The translations under genes and the position numbers were made by a program. A stretch of 64,000 bases of DNA from Klebsormidium nitens (taxonomy: Eukaryota; Plantae; Klebsormidiophyceae). Shown piece after piece: positions 46,301 through 58,800 of this stretch (its first letter is position 1; every line of letters starts with the position of its first letter). The DNA is taken from contig DF236993.1 of assembly GCA_000708835.1 (NCBI GenBank), positions 62,001 through 126,000 of the forward strand, read 5' to 3'. Under the pieces are notes generated by a model, which was given only the letters and a program-made list of their open reading frames with translations, was not told the DNA's origin and searched no databases.

Positions 46301-49300
46301 ATATCCTTTCTGTCTGATGGTGAGGCCAGAACAACCGGTGCCTTTCCAGGATGCGTTTTCTGAGCCGAAGCCACCGGTCTCCTTTTTCGTCAGAACAAAA
46401 CCGAATTCGTATTTCCTACAATGTAAGACCTCCGTGATGGCGTCCTCTTCCAGTCTCCAACGTTCTCATCCAAAGTCGTATCCTAAAACTCAGATTTCTT
46501 ATTTTGTTTCATCTCAGGTGCACAAGTTGATCCGCGACTATGCTGAGTTAGAGGTGCCCCAGGACAAGCTCCTCTTCAGGATCCCAGCCACGCTCGAGGT
46601 AACAAAAGCCGCGCCCCTACTAAGAGGGGGCACTGCAATGAGAATAATGATAGTCGGATTGTTTGGCGTCCCTTCCCTTCTTCTCTATTTGGCCTTATGG
46701 AAGCGAAACTTCAAGCTTGTTGACAAAAGTGGCCTCTGACCTGCAAGAAACCCTCTCTTTTGGTCATCGTCGACTAGACAACCTGCTCTAAGGAGTTGCG
46801 TACGGACTCTTTAGACTTCACGAGGGGCAGATGTTTCATAACCTACCAGCTTCCCTCAACTTCGACGGGCGTAGTGCTTACGGAATGTACATAGCCTATG
46901 CTTGCGTCGCAGGGAATCGAAGCTGTGAAGCAGCTCGAGTCAAAGGGCATTCAGACGCAGGTCAACTTCGTCTACAGGTAAGGCACAAGACGCTTAAGCC
47001 TTCTCCTGACCGTCGTCTTTCTGTGGGCTCTACTGAGCGGCTGTCTTCCTTTCGTTCCGTTCTACTGTCGCTTGTCATTGATAGAACCTAAAATGCTTTG
47101 TCCGGAAAGTGTTAATTTCACCACGTAACTTCGGGGCTCACTCAACGGAGTACTGCTCGCAATCCTGTTGCGGCCGAAGTACTACGTGGGTTGGAGATGT
47201 TGTAGGGAAGGATGCATACTTATATCAGGCGACATGAAAACATCTTGTGAGGACTTTTCAGGCTTCGGAAGGCCGGCGAGGTACAGAAAGCGGTGCCGCA
47301 GCAATCCGATCCACTTTCGGAGATATCACTTCGACCGATGTAATTGCAATGAAGACCTCTTCACGAATGCCCATCTTTTGAGCTGTTCAGTACTCCTTTT
47401 AGTAAGAGCTCTTCAAAGCCCTGGTCTACACGGCGTGTTTCAAGGGATCTCAAGCATATGATCCTGCAACGACTGGACCCTTAGTAAGTCGGACTCGCGT
47501 TCCTCCTGCAGTCTTGCACAAGCCGCTGCTGCGGCAGACGCAGGGGCGTCCGTCATCCAGATCCTGGTGGGCCGGCTACGGGTGAGCAGAACATTCTCGC
47601 CCCACGTTTATTGCTCAACCAGCTGTCCGCAGGGTTTTTGACGTATAGGGCAATAGTCCTTGATCAAGAATTGAAGATCTCAAGCTCTCTTTGCATGCGG
47701 TAATGGAGTCAAATGCTGCATCCAAAAAGCCTTGAAATCAAAAAAAATCAAAAAGCCCGAGGGCCAAATGTCTTCCTCTCGTCTCCGCTTTCGCGCATTC
47801 AGTCGAACGCACCCCTGTCGTGCAATACACAGGCGCTGCAAGACACCCGCTCTTCCACTTGATCTCGCCGAAGGAACCCAACAGAATCGACCAGTTACCA
47901 GTCCCACTCACGACGCATTCTGATTTGACGGATGCTCACAGTCAGCGAGCGCCAAGCAGATACTTCAAGCACCCATACCGTGCAAACAGCTGTCTTCAAC
48001 TTCGTATGTTGTTTTGTCGGAGGGGCTGGGAGCCTGCACAACACGGTTAGGAGGCGTTACATGGTCTTTAAAAGCGGAATTGACGCGAAGTCTGGCAAGT
48101 AGTAGTATCCAAGTTTTGATCCCAACAGGTTTGTGTGATATAATCTTCTTAACGACACTCCCTGTTACTGCCAAGCAGTACTGCTCTGGCCGAGAGCCTC
48201 GACTCGGATTCAATTTTCGCCCCCAGCCTAGAAATTACAATCTTGAACAAATTGGCAGACAATTTTCTGAAATGAGACATCCTACGGTTGCAGGACCACG
48301 CACGTGCCAACTCTCAGGACGTTATCCCGGATCCAGGCGTGAGCTTGGTAAGCAACGAGGCTTTCAACAAAGTCCCGTGTTCGGCTCATAAGTAAAGTCC
48401 CCGTAATTGAACGCCGGGCAAGAAGGGACTGAGTTGTGTATTTGGCTGGTAACGGCAGGAGCTGTCAGCGTCTATGACGGAGAAGGACTTGCAAAGAAAG
48501 ATGCACCTGTGATAGCTTTCGGGGATTTGCCTACAGAGGGCGAAATGACCTCGTTTACTTGAGGGTTGAGTGGCAACTCGTCAATTGGGTCCCGCCGCTT
48601 TACCATAAGCATGATTGGGTTTGGCAAGGCATGGAGCGCAGGTCCTTCCCGGCAAGTTTGATACCGTTTTCGCTTACGAACCCTTCTGGTCCAGATCGGT
48701 TACAGCCGCGTTAAAATTGATTATTTCTTTGGTGGGAGAATCATCGTCCTCGGTCGAACACTTACCCTGCTGTTTTGCTATGATTATAGTGACGTCGGCA
48801 AGTATGAAGGAAATCTGTTTAATTATCTTGCTACCGGGGCTTCTCAACACTGGAAAACATCCAGACCGGACTATTGAGCCGAGTGAAAGCATTTTTGAAG
48901 GTTCACCCCGGGGATATTCCGATTGGATCACGAGAAGATTCCGCATGGCACTCTTCCGTTGCAGGTGAAGAATGCGTACAACTACGTCCAGAAGAAAGGT
49001 CTCAAGACCAAGGTCATGGCGGCAGCTCTGCGCAACAAGCAGGACGTCTTCAGCCTCCTAGGGTGAGTGCGTTTTTGCGTTTGCTTCCGGGATTCCAACG
49101 GTTTTCTGGCGCCTTTGTGTCGAGTCTGCTTGTCACGACGCGGTCTTTTCGATAGAGCTTTTCAATTGACGTTCTTGATGAAGCGACTTCTGACAAGACT
49201 TTGCGACGTTTCGGAAAGTGCATGAGGACTTGATTTCATCGCTGCCAACACCGGTGGCCTCTTCTTGATGCAAGGCGATGTGGTTGAATCCTCTGAGCCT

Positions 49301-50254
49301 CTTCGACAGTGATGCGTACTTTGCTCTCTTTATCTGTCAAGATTTCCGACGGCCGTGCAGATTCTTCAAATGCTTTTCGGACAGTTTGCTGCATTCCGCT
49401 GCTGCTATTTGGTGCAGTTCTTAGGACACATGTGGTGATGCAGACTTGTTGAAATGTCTGACTCGTACAACATCCGAGGTATGGACACCATGTACATCGG
49501 TTTGACAGGTTCTGAGGCCGCCTGCAAACTTCTGACGCCGAGGAGAGGTGGTGGGAGACCCCGTAGAAAATTGTCGTGGAAAAAGATCTATGTTTAAACA
49601 ATTAATATTATGTCGCTTTTTTGCAGCGTGGACTATCTGGTGGTTCCGGGCAAGGTCCTGGGCGAGTTGCAGAAGTCGTCGGCGGACCTCGACGAGAGCA
49701 GCGGCTTCTCGCGCGTCCTCTCTCCCGCGGGAGCGAATGTTGCCCAGCTCGAGAAGGTGACCACGATTTCCGTGTTAGTTTCGTCTTTTTGTCCTTCGAG
49801 GTGATCTTATGAGTTGTGTCCACTGGCAGTCGGGCGGGAAGTGGTTTGTCCTTGGGGTGAACCACACGAATGAGTGCATTTAGCTCCGCACATACAGAAT
49901 GAGGGAGAGAACGTGCGTCTAGCAGCACGGGGCCGGTCCTTGACCGGCGAAACCAACGAAAAGGGGCTTGCAAGAAAGAGAAAGGCAGCTTCGGACACCT
50001 CTCAAGTAAGTCTCTCGACTGATTTCATGTTTGTTCCCTCTGCTGTTCCTCCTACCGACACATAAAGATACTAGTGTTGTTAGGTTGATCAAACAATTTG
50101 TCTGCAGGTGCCGGCCCTGACCCAGCAAAGCTGGAGCGCGGCCATCGGTGAGGCGGCAGAGCACTTGCTGGCCGCGGGCTTGAAGGCGGAGGCCGAGCAG
50201 TCGGAGAGGGCAGAGGAACAGTTTGCCAAGATCTGGCCCCCTGCCAACATGTAG
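43347..50254 (+). CDS. Plant-type transaldolase-like protein (aldolase superfamily), probably plastid-targeted
   Basis: Exons: 43347-43427, 44041-44221, 44482-44563, 44874-44949, 45335-45406, 45755-45859, 46518-46598, 46913-46977, 47512-47581, 48294-48347, 48965-49062, 49627-49756, 50108-50254. Motifs: ELDAVSQFSEIVPDT; GKVSNDIDARIAHDT; LLFRIPATLEGIEAVKQLESKGI; AGASVIQILVGRLRD; TKVMAAALRNKQDVFSLLG; C-terminal KIWPPANM*. The first two exons are less certain. Confidence 0.92.
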
Positions 50255-51845
50255 ATTAAAAGTTCTCGGCTCTTAGTATGTCGCATCTGCTTTTGAGTGT
50301 AGAAAGTTCAAAGGGCGGTATCACGCCATAGTGTTGCGAAGTAAGCTGTACTTGTAAGTGAGGGTGATTGTCGAACCATGGGAGGGCCGCCATGTCAGAG
50401 ACAGAAGCTGCGTTTTGCAACCGCTTATGGTTGACACCCAGCAGCGCGCAGATTTTCCAAAACCGAGTTGATTAGGATAGGACACAAGTACTTCACCTGT
50501 CTGCATCAGTACAATTGTTGCAAGTACTCAAGCAGCTGCATCAACCTGTTTCTTATCAACATCGACTCGAGGATCACAATGATGGTTGCGTGCATGGTCA
50601 ACAACACCGACATGCTCCGCTGTCCTTTTCCAGAGATATCATAAGCTACTGATCAGCTATATCCCATTGACCGAAGTCACGTGCAAAGGAAGTTGTGACA
50701 ATTTTTTGATCAATAAGGAATCGTGGATCGACGTATGCATGGCCTTAAAGGTTCAGCTCGGCTGCACCGTAAATTTGGAGGGATAGGGCCGAAAGGAGCC
50801 GCGATTGCATATATAATTTGGCATGGCCGGCTGATATCATGCTGGGCCATCTGTCAGTGGGCCGCTGATCAGCTAGCCATGATCAATGGCATATGACTCA
50901 ATCATCATGCGCTGGCAATTAAAGCTCGAAGTGCCAGGTTTACCGGAGTCGTCATGCATGACAAACGTACAGGCTGCGGTAGTACGCGTTTCAATGGACT
51001 ATCACAACATGATTGTGATGCACAGCGTGCTGCAGCACGGTATGCATCACATGGTATATTTCTCAATTCAACATGTACGTATAGCCTTAGTAAAACGGAA
51101 GATCCCAACCTAGCCTTCGTCAACGAACGGCTTTAAGCATTGCTCACCAAACCGTCGAATTACCAACGCAGTATAGAGTAAGAAAACTAAGCCAAGATGA
51201 TCCCGTGCATGGTATATGTCCTGCTAACATGATTGAGAGCCCAATGGCAGCCTCACTGGCAGCGGCGATTGTAATCACAAACAAAGCAAATATTCATTCC
51301 CGCGATTGACCTGTGTCATACAAGAAGCTTGAGAATACGGTAGTTCCAAGCGGCGCTCCCTAGGTGTATCACTTCTATAACTCCTAATGCTCCTCGCCTG
51401 CTTTTGCACCAGCTTCTGGAGATGTCTGTTCTAACTTCGCGAGTCACCCCTTTCTCAAACTCGAATAAGACCATCGTGTTGTCCTTGTTTCATTCAAAAA
51501 TTTGCAAAGGTTGGGTGCCGATTCCCTTGCTACTGTTGTGGACTTCGTTCTTTCGTCTTCTTGTCTTTGACTTTGTCTTCTTTTCTTTGACTTGACCGCT
51601 CGCAAATTTTCGAGAACACAAGCTGTCTGCCAAGCTGGGGACTATAGTGTAGTCAGAGCTGCAAATCTAGAAACGGCATACTCCGCACCTTTTTTGCATC
51701 TGATGCAGGCCCTTTGGATTCGATACTCCAAAGTGTTCCACACAGGAACCATTTGTGCGCACAAGGTTTTGTGCATCGAAGGACGTGACGAGCGCCCCTT
51801 GGCGCTCCGCGTCTGCTTGAAATGGTCCAGCAGCGCAGCCCATTT

Positions 51846-52661
51846 TCACCCACCACTCGCCCCCTCCTCTTCCATGCTTCTAAGTTTCTTTTGAATGGCC
51901 GCAATCTGCCTTTCCCTCTCTGCGACCCCAGACCCACTCTTCTTTGCTGCTTTTGGCCCCCTCCCCCCCTCTGCAAACCGCACGACCAGAGGCCTGCCAA
52001 GAAAAGACCTCCCATCTAGTTGCGCCACCGCTTTTTCCGCCTCCCTCCGGGTGGAGAACTCAACGAAAGCGTACCCCCGGGGCTGCCCCTTTTTGGGACC
52101 ATCGCGGTGCCACATGAAGTCCTCCTGGACGATTGTTCCGTGCTGCGAGAAGAGCTTTACGAGCTGATACCTGCATCAATACAGGAGCAGAAGAAGACGC
52201 AACGATCAGCTCGGCATCAGATATTGGCATCCTCGCTTCACTGACAGTGCACTCATCACCAACTAGCTGATTCGATTGGCCTTTTTGACGTTCAGACTTC
52301 TGAGGTGGCCGCCTGATTGGTGCATTCAGAAAAGATTGAAGGGTGCGCTATAGCAGCGATATCAGAAGGATGGCAAGCGCCAAAAAGCATCCTCTTGACA
52401 GAGAGGAACTCAGATGGTGTTACCCTGGAAACTAGGGCAACAATCTGAGACCAGCAGAAGACTCATGTTTTACTTTAGCATGGATCCACACATATGCATC
52501 CATGTAGTATGGATGCTGAGAAATTGCAGCCTTTCTGCATCAAATCCCAACTGCAAACAGACGAGCAAACAAACAACTGCATGACTTCCTTACTCTGTAA
52601 CTTTGGGGCTCAAGTTTCCGACGAACAACTTGAAGTGCAGATCTTTGTGGTCTTTTGACAT
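51846..52661 (-). CDS. RBM18: RNA-binding protein 18-like (single RRM)
   Basis: Exons 52661-52594 and 52170-51846: KLFVGNLSPKVTE|YQLVKLFSQHGTIVQEDFMWHRDGPKKGQPRGYAFVEFSTRREAEKAVAQLDGRSFLGRPLVVRFA...RQIAAIQKKLRSMEE. The GQPRGY RNP1 and the I-x-AI-x-x-KL-x-x-M tail are typical of RBM18. Confidence 0.88.
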
Positions 52662-53160
52662 TGTGGTGCGAGCTAAGTGGGCCGGGTCGACTAAAGCAGA
52701 ACAACATTCATATTCATACAGAAGGCACTGCTGCAAATGACCCCAGTGCCAGAAAAGACTGGTCCACGAGGGCACGACATGTAGAAACAAGCCCTACTGC
52801 ATGAGCTGCGCGTGCATGGGCTTGGGAATCAGAAGGTAGGCAGGGGAAAGACTTCTAAAGTGCAGAACTTCAAACCAGCTTTCCTGTTGGCAATGGGGCT
52901 ATGAGAAAGCTATATAGTCATTAAACACGCTCCTGATGACATAGGTAGAAATGTTTGCGTCCTTGTACCTCACAACTCTATTTCTTGCAGGACTTGGATG
53001 ATCCCTCTAATCGTCAGGCCGTTCTGCAGTGCCTAGCTCGATTTGACACATTGGCATGCCAGGACTCAGGAGATGACATTGATGGGACATTCAAGGGAGC
53101 TTGCGCCGCCATGGCGGCAGCTAGGGCCCGCGCTGCCGCGTATCGGCACAGCCTGCGAAC

Positions 53161-54358
53161 CAGGGGTTCTGGCGGGGCGCCAAACGGGGCGCAGAGCGCC
53201 CCGGGGCAAATCCTGGCGCCCCCGGGCGGAAGCCCGGGGCACCTGAGCGCCCTGGGCCGCAGGCCCCGCCTACTCTTGGAAAGTACTAGATCCAGGCCGC
53301 CACAACCGGGAACTCTAATTTGAATTCTATCAGTACAGATTATCAGAGCAATTGCCTGCACATATCAGGACACAAAGGAAGCCACATGGTTCCAGGAGGT
53401 GGAGATCTCAGATAAGCAGTGTTTCCGCTAACTTTTTCAATTGGTGGCACTCGGGCCCCCTGGGCTCGGTCTTCGGGGGCCCGTTGGGCCCCCTCAGCAT
53501 CCATATTGGGGGCCCAAGGGCCCCCTCGGAACTCTGATTGGGGGCCCAAAATTGGCTTGAAATCGCCCCCTGTTTAGATTATATAGGACGTCTTGTCGCA
53601 ATATTATACGAAATGGGGGGCTGAAGGCCCATTCCACAAAGAGTAGCCCCCCAATAGATGAAATGGGGAATGTTGAACACATTTCTGCTCCATTTTAACA
53701 AGGAATATTCTATAAAAGCTCAAAAATGCCTGTATAAGCTTGAAATATTCCGTAAGCTTAGGCCCCCTCACACCGATGTATGGGGGCCAAAGGGCCTCCA
53801 GCCAATGCTCTTTGGGGGCCGGTCGGGCCCCTCGCTTCTATCTTTGGGGGCCCAACGGGCCCCCAAGGCCCTCCTATTGGGGGACGATATCGGCCATTGG
53901 GGGCGATAATGGCTGGTGGCGGGCCCCCAGTGGAAACACTGGAGATAAGCACTTGTAGTTAATTGAAAATGCTACAAATTTCATGAGTCAAGCTATGTAC
54001 ACTTAGCCAAAAATCATGATAATAACAGTAAATCTGCAAGGATATGCTTCGATAAGGCAATTGTTCCTATAGTAGGACGGTGGACCTGCTTTGGATACGA
54101 GGGCACGGATTCTTTTTGACTTTTTGCCGACCGCTTGTACCGTATACCTAGTCTGTAGACAGACGTCTTGAGGCACAGGAGGCAGCCCAGGACCGGTATG
54201 CACGAATTCGGCTCGGTTAAACACAGCTTCCGCCAGAATACCTACTGTACCGGGCGCTGGCGCCCGGGCTTGGGCGCCCCAGGGAAGCTGGTCGGCGCCC
54301 CGGGGCGAAGCCCAGGGGCGCCACAGCACCTCCGGGCAAAATCCTGCTAGAACCCCTG
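53161..54358. mobile_element. Non-autonomous hAT DNA transposon (~1.2 kb including nested MITE)
   Basis: TIRs CAGGGGTTCTGGCGG and reverse-complement CAGGGGTTCTAGCAG (13/15). 8-bp flanks CTGCGAAC / CTGCGCGC (6/8, degenerate TSD). GCGCCCCGGG-type subterminal repeats at both ends. No transposase ORF seen. Confidence 0.8.
53417..53941. mobile_element. hAT-type MITE (525 bp) nested in the outer hAT element
   Basis: TIR CAGTGTTTCC (53417-53426) ... GGAAACACTG (53932-53941). 8-bp TSD CAGATAAG / GAGATAAG (7/8). Many GGGCCC(CC) subterminal motifs. Confidence 0.88.
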
Positions 54359-55899
54359 CTGCGCGCACAGCTGGCAACATGCAAATCTGCTGAACAGTTT
54401 TGTGAATCAGGTAGGTACCTAGCTCCGATAACATCGAACATTCGAAATTTGAATTTTGCACATGCAGTACGGTACAAGAAGGTACACATTTTCGTTTCCT
54501 AAAATAGGTGATCCTTGTCAGATGATAACCCTGATTTCTCTCCCGGAAGAAGGGACACCTTGCTCGGTTGGTTCTTCCCGCCCACTTTCGTCTGCAATTC
54601 TATGTATGGCTGTCTATCACCCGAGCGCCTTTTTTCCTCCCGAGGCTCCCACTGGGTTATGCACAATAATACACCAGGCGCTGCGTATCTGGTAGACTGG
54701 CAGATTGTGGCGACCAAGAAAATCCGGGATATTGAGATCGCCCGGCGGCCGCACCCTGCACGTCTCCGTAATTTACGTGCGCGATTGTTTGCACCCTGTG
54801 CCAGACCGCCAGTTCTGGTCCAGACGTTTCTTTCATGTCTGTTTCCCTCAGTGTCAAAGCTTCACGACACCATAGTCAGCATTTTTTTTTGACACAAGCG
54901 TTTGCATGGCGTCCCGCTGCCAGAACGCCCCCGTACCCTCCGCATGACAACAACAGACCCTGTGTCCAGGAATGCGATTAGAACCGGGCTTTCCACCTAC
55001 GGTTAGTTTCCGGTGTGTCTCAGAAACCTCGCTTTGTGGTAGAGGTTCAGAAATACCGTAATCAAATTGCATACCTATTCTCGTGGCTTTGCTACCTATT
55101 AAAACAAGGAGCCGGATTCTAAAACTATGTGGGAGTCGGCGCGTTCAACGGGTCGCCCGGAAAAGTCCCAGACTTCTCGCGCTTGCGCCTGGCCGTACAC
55201 TGTCCGTACTGCCTCGCCCACAAAGATGCCCGGTCACGACTCCAGTGTCAAGGCGCCCCTTCGGGCAATGCTGTGATTTGCAATTTCAATCTGCAACCTA
55301 CTAGATAGCTGAGTGAAAATGCAGACCTTCGTCTCTCTTCAGCAGCTGTAATTTGAGTCCTGGCTCCCGAGTACCCACAGCGCATCGTGCTCTGGCCGCA
55401 CACAAATCGAGGGAAGGAGGAGGTATTTGAGAACAAGATTATGAGAAGGAACGCCATTCTTTGAAGCTGTCATGGGGAGCAACTGATGTGTCCTGTCTCC
55501 TTTGCCATCCTGCAATGACGGCGCTGCAGCGGGATACTTTGGCTGGCCAGCTCGTCTCGTGCGGTGAGGTGCGGCGGTGAACTGCTGGAATGCCGCGCAA
55601 GCAAGTGAGATTAGTTTCGAGCAGAGCTAAATAGGTCGTATATCTGATATAATATAGAGTTTGCGTGGCGATCGGCTTAAAAGAAGCGGCTGGAATGTAA
55701 CTTGTTGGCGCGCAGCACGCTCCTTTCAAAGACTTCGTTCAGCCCTCCTTTGCATGAGTCCTGTAAACCTGCAGACTCCGCCACCTCAGATAGCTTGCAA
55801 AATCCTCCGCTTCTACGAGTAACAGACCTCAAGATTGAAGTTTGGGTCTGTGAGCTAGAGTGGGGGGGCGGGGAGGGAACGAGATACGAGAGGGGAACG

Positions 55900-58800
55900 A
55901 TGGGGAAGGGCTCGGACGCGGGCTTCGACCCCACACCGCTCAAACTGGCCAACCGCTTGAAGCTCTCTGGGGAAGAAAGCGGGTTCCTAGAACACATCGG
56001 CAATGTGCGCTCCTTTCTCAGCGCACAGCCCCCTGTGGTGGACATTCCCATTCCGGAGCCTGAGCTCCGGGCAGCAGAAGGAGAATGTGCCCCAGAGGAC
56101 GGTGTGAATATCTTCTGCCAGGTGCCCTGCCTGCAGAGCTCGTGCCTGACGGCCGACATGATCGTCTCCCCCATGCTCGTTTTCCCCGGGCAGTACGTGG
56201 GGGTTATTCACACCAGCCCCGCGCGCCGGCGCGCCCCAAAGGTGCCCTGCGTGCAGAGACTTCTCCCAGTGGAGGTGCTGGAGTGTTTGGTGAAGGTGGC
56301 GGATAATAGCTTTCACTTTCTGGGGCGGGTGTTTGAGACTGCCGCCACGCTCACGGCGGGGGGGACCAAGCTGGAAGACCATGTGGCTTTGGTCCGGCGG
56401 GAGGTGCTTTACACCACTGCGACGAAGGTGTTCCCAGCCTCAGCAATTGTTGGTGAGAATAGGCTCCGCCTCCTTACTGGCTGCTTTTCTATTTCTATTC
56501 CTAGGCTGCATTCGGGTAGTTGCCACTTGCTGGCTCAGTTAGAAATTGGTAAGAACTGGTCACTTCATTGATTGGCTGCGCCTATACAGAAAGTTTGTTC
56601 AGTCTGGCGGTAAGTGCTTTCACTGGAGGGTTGGATAAGGTTGGCTGTCATTGCTGAGTCACCAGCGGAACATTAGCGGCCGTTACAAAGCTTTCAGGCT
56701 TTCAATAGAGAAGTAGTGAGGTGCTGAGCATGCGACGTTCACTAAGTAAACTGACTGCGTCTAATACGTGCTCATATGTGCATAGGATGTTTTTGGAAGA
56801 TTCTACTAAGGGAAGTCGTTGTTTATTGACCTCGAAAATGTCAGCCTTTGTGGAAGTCAATCCTTGCGAAGAGCAACCTCGATTGTTGCTATAAGACTCG
56901 GTTGACTTTCCAATTATGAGAGTTATCTCATATTGAATGTTACCGTTGATGAACTGGGACAAAATGCACTTTGGTAACTAAGAGCTTGCCTTACCAGAAA
57001 CTTGGTGACATTACAAACCAAACTCAATCCTTTGAAAGGAGCCTAACAGGCTTTTGTTTGTGGATTGGCTGAGGCATGCAGTGAGCTTTATGCAACCAGC
57101 GGACAGTCTCGGTTGGGTAAACCGGCCTTTACATTGCTCTGATCGAAGTTAGTCATACTTAAAAGATATCTCTTGCCACCAAGTCATTGCGCCCAAGAAA
57201 ATGAATTGGTGTGCTGGAATTTCCCTCTCAGATCTGGAGGCTTTTAACAAAGCTTTTGGACACGAGAGGATGGCATGCTTCTCAAATCAGTCCGCTGCAT
57301 TGCAGAAACTTGAGTAATGCAGGGAACAGATGAGGTCCTGCGTCTAGAAGGAGATTGTTGCTTAACCTATTTGTTAATGTGGGGCTGTCTAAGTATCCTA
57401 AGACCCAAAGACAGGAACTGGGACCTGGGGTATCCAGAATATAGTCAAAAAGTACCCTGACTAATTGGTAAAACTGACACTAGCGGCATGACTTCTCACA
57501 GCCTGCTCATACTTGTACTGCTTGCATTGGCTGTTCCAATCTGAGTCCCGACCCTTCTGTTACCCAGTCCCAAACTAAATCGCTCTTCTAGATATTCTTC
57601 TGGATATATGTTCGCTAGAAGTTTTGGAACCTATCCTCAACTGTCAAGCTCATGTAAGGTCGTCTGAAAGCCAGGTGCATCCATTCCCCCTTCTAACATT
57701 ACCGCTCAACACATCTTACCTCCTCTACATAACCATCGTCTTAACCCAAAGATTGCTAACCCCCTTCCGCCCCCCTCTTTCAGGTCCATGCGAGGTCTTC
57801 TACCAGCGAGATCCTTTCATCCAGTGGGAAAAGCGGATGCCGTCCGATCGACGCTTTCTGTGCCGCTACATTGTTCAGGACAAAACCTCTCTGACCTCTG
57901 GAACCCGGGTCGCTAACCTTACCCCCCTCTCCCTAACCAAAAAGCGCCACCTGGACTCCCGCGTGTTTGGGCCCCAGGCGCAGGTGCTACCAAGTGACGC
58001 GGCTGCGCCGCTTACTGCCTCTATTAGGGTGAGTGCTGTTACTAAATGTTCAGTCCTTTTTCACTGACGTGAGTCTGCGACCTTGTAACTCCAGGTGCCT
58101 GAAGCTGAGGCACTCAAAATCCTTCCCCTTCTGGTCGACTAGATCCTTCCTTTGGATCTTCATGCTGCAGACATCTGTAAGGGACTAGATTCTTCCTTTG
58201 GATCTTCATGTTGCAGACATCTGAAAGGAAATTGATCTACCAGCTGTGTTTAGATGGCTTACCAGAGACGTTGATGGTCCAGTCGTTGTCAAGCACAGGC
58301 TCGAGTCCAATCACTCCCAGATCTGGTGACATTACTACAGATCTGGTTTCGTTCCGAGTCTCTAACACCTGTAGGCTCTGCTCTCTGTGTTACCCTAAAT
58401 GAGATGCAAGACTGCCGGAAAAGGCGTGCACAGGAGCTTCTCCAGAGCCTACCTGGACTGCACCCTCAACTAAGCACAATTTGATTGCATTCTCAGGAAC
58501 TGCTGTGAAGAGAACAGCATGTTTGTCTCTCTGGATCTTAAACCCCGAGTCGTTTTTGCCCTGTGCAGGAACACTACTGGCTGGTAATCGCCGAGCTGGT
58601 CGAAAAGCGGATGGGCGTGCGCAAGAGCTGCGAGCGCGCAGAGATCGAGCTGCACATGCCGCTGGAGGCGTTTGCTGCTTGCGTGGAAGTGCTGGGGACG
58701 CCAGAGGCCAAGGTGGGGAAGCAAATCTGACGCCTTTCGCTGGTCTTCACCCTTCTCCGTCTGTGTCGGTTGGTTGCTCCATGACACCTTTCTTGAGAAG

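Larger units (their letters stand above)
52991..54770 (+). pseudogene. Unidentified multi-exon gene disrupted by a hAT insertion
   Basis: The exon starts at acceptor TTGCAG|52991 (DLDDPSNRQAVLQCLARFDTLACQD...ARAAAYRHSL). Removing element 53161-54358 and one TSD restores ...HSLRAQLATCKSAEQFCES up to donor G|GTAGGT at 54410. The next acceptor (54521) continues in matching phase 1 (DDNPDFSPGRRDTLLGWFFPP...AYLVDWQ). Product not recognised. Confidence 0.6.

Noticed and set aside
53343-54489. Several G/P-rich ORFs inside the hAT elements as a possible transposase
   Set aside because: They derive from GGGCCC subterminal repeats. No DDE/hAT dimerisation or BED-finger motifs were seen.
57390-57610. 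Imperfect inverted similarity (GGGAC..TGGG..TATCCAGAATAT versus ATATTC..TGGATA) as a MITE
   Set aside because: Too degenerate; no definable TIR ends or TSD.
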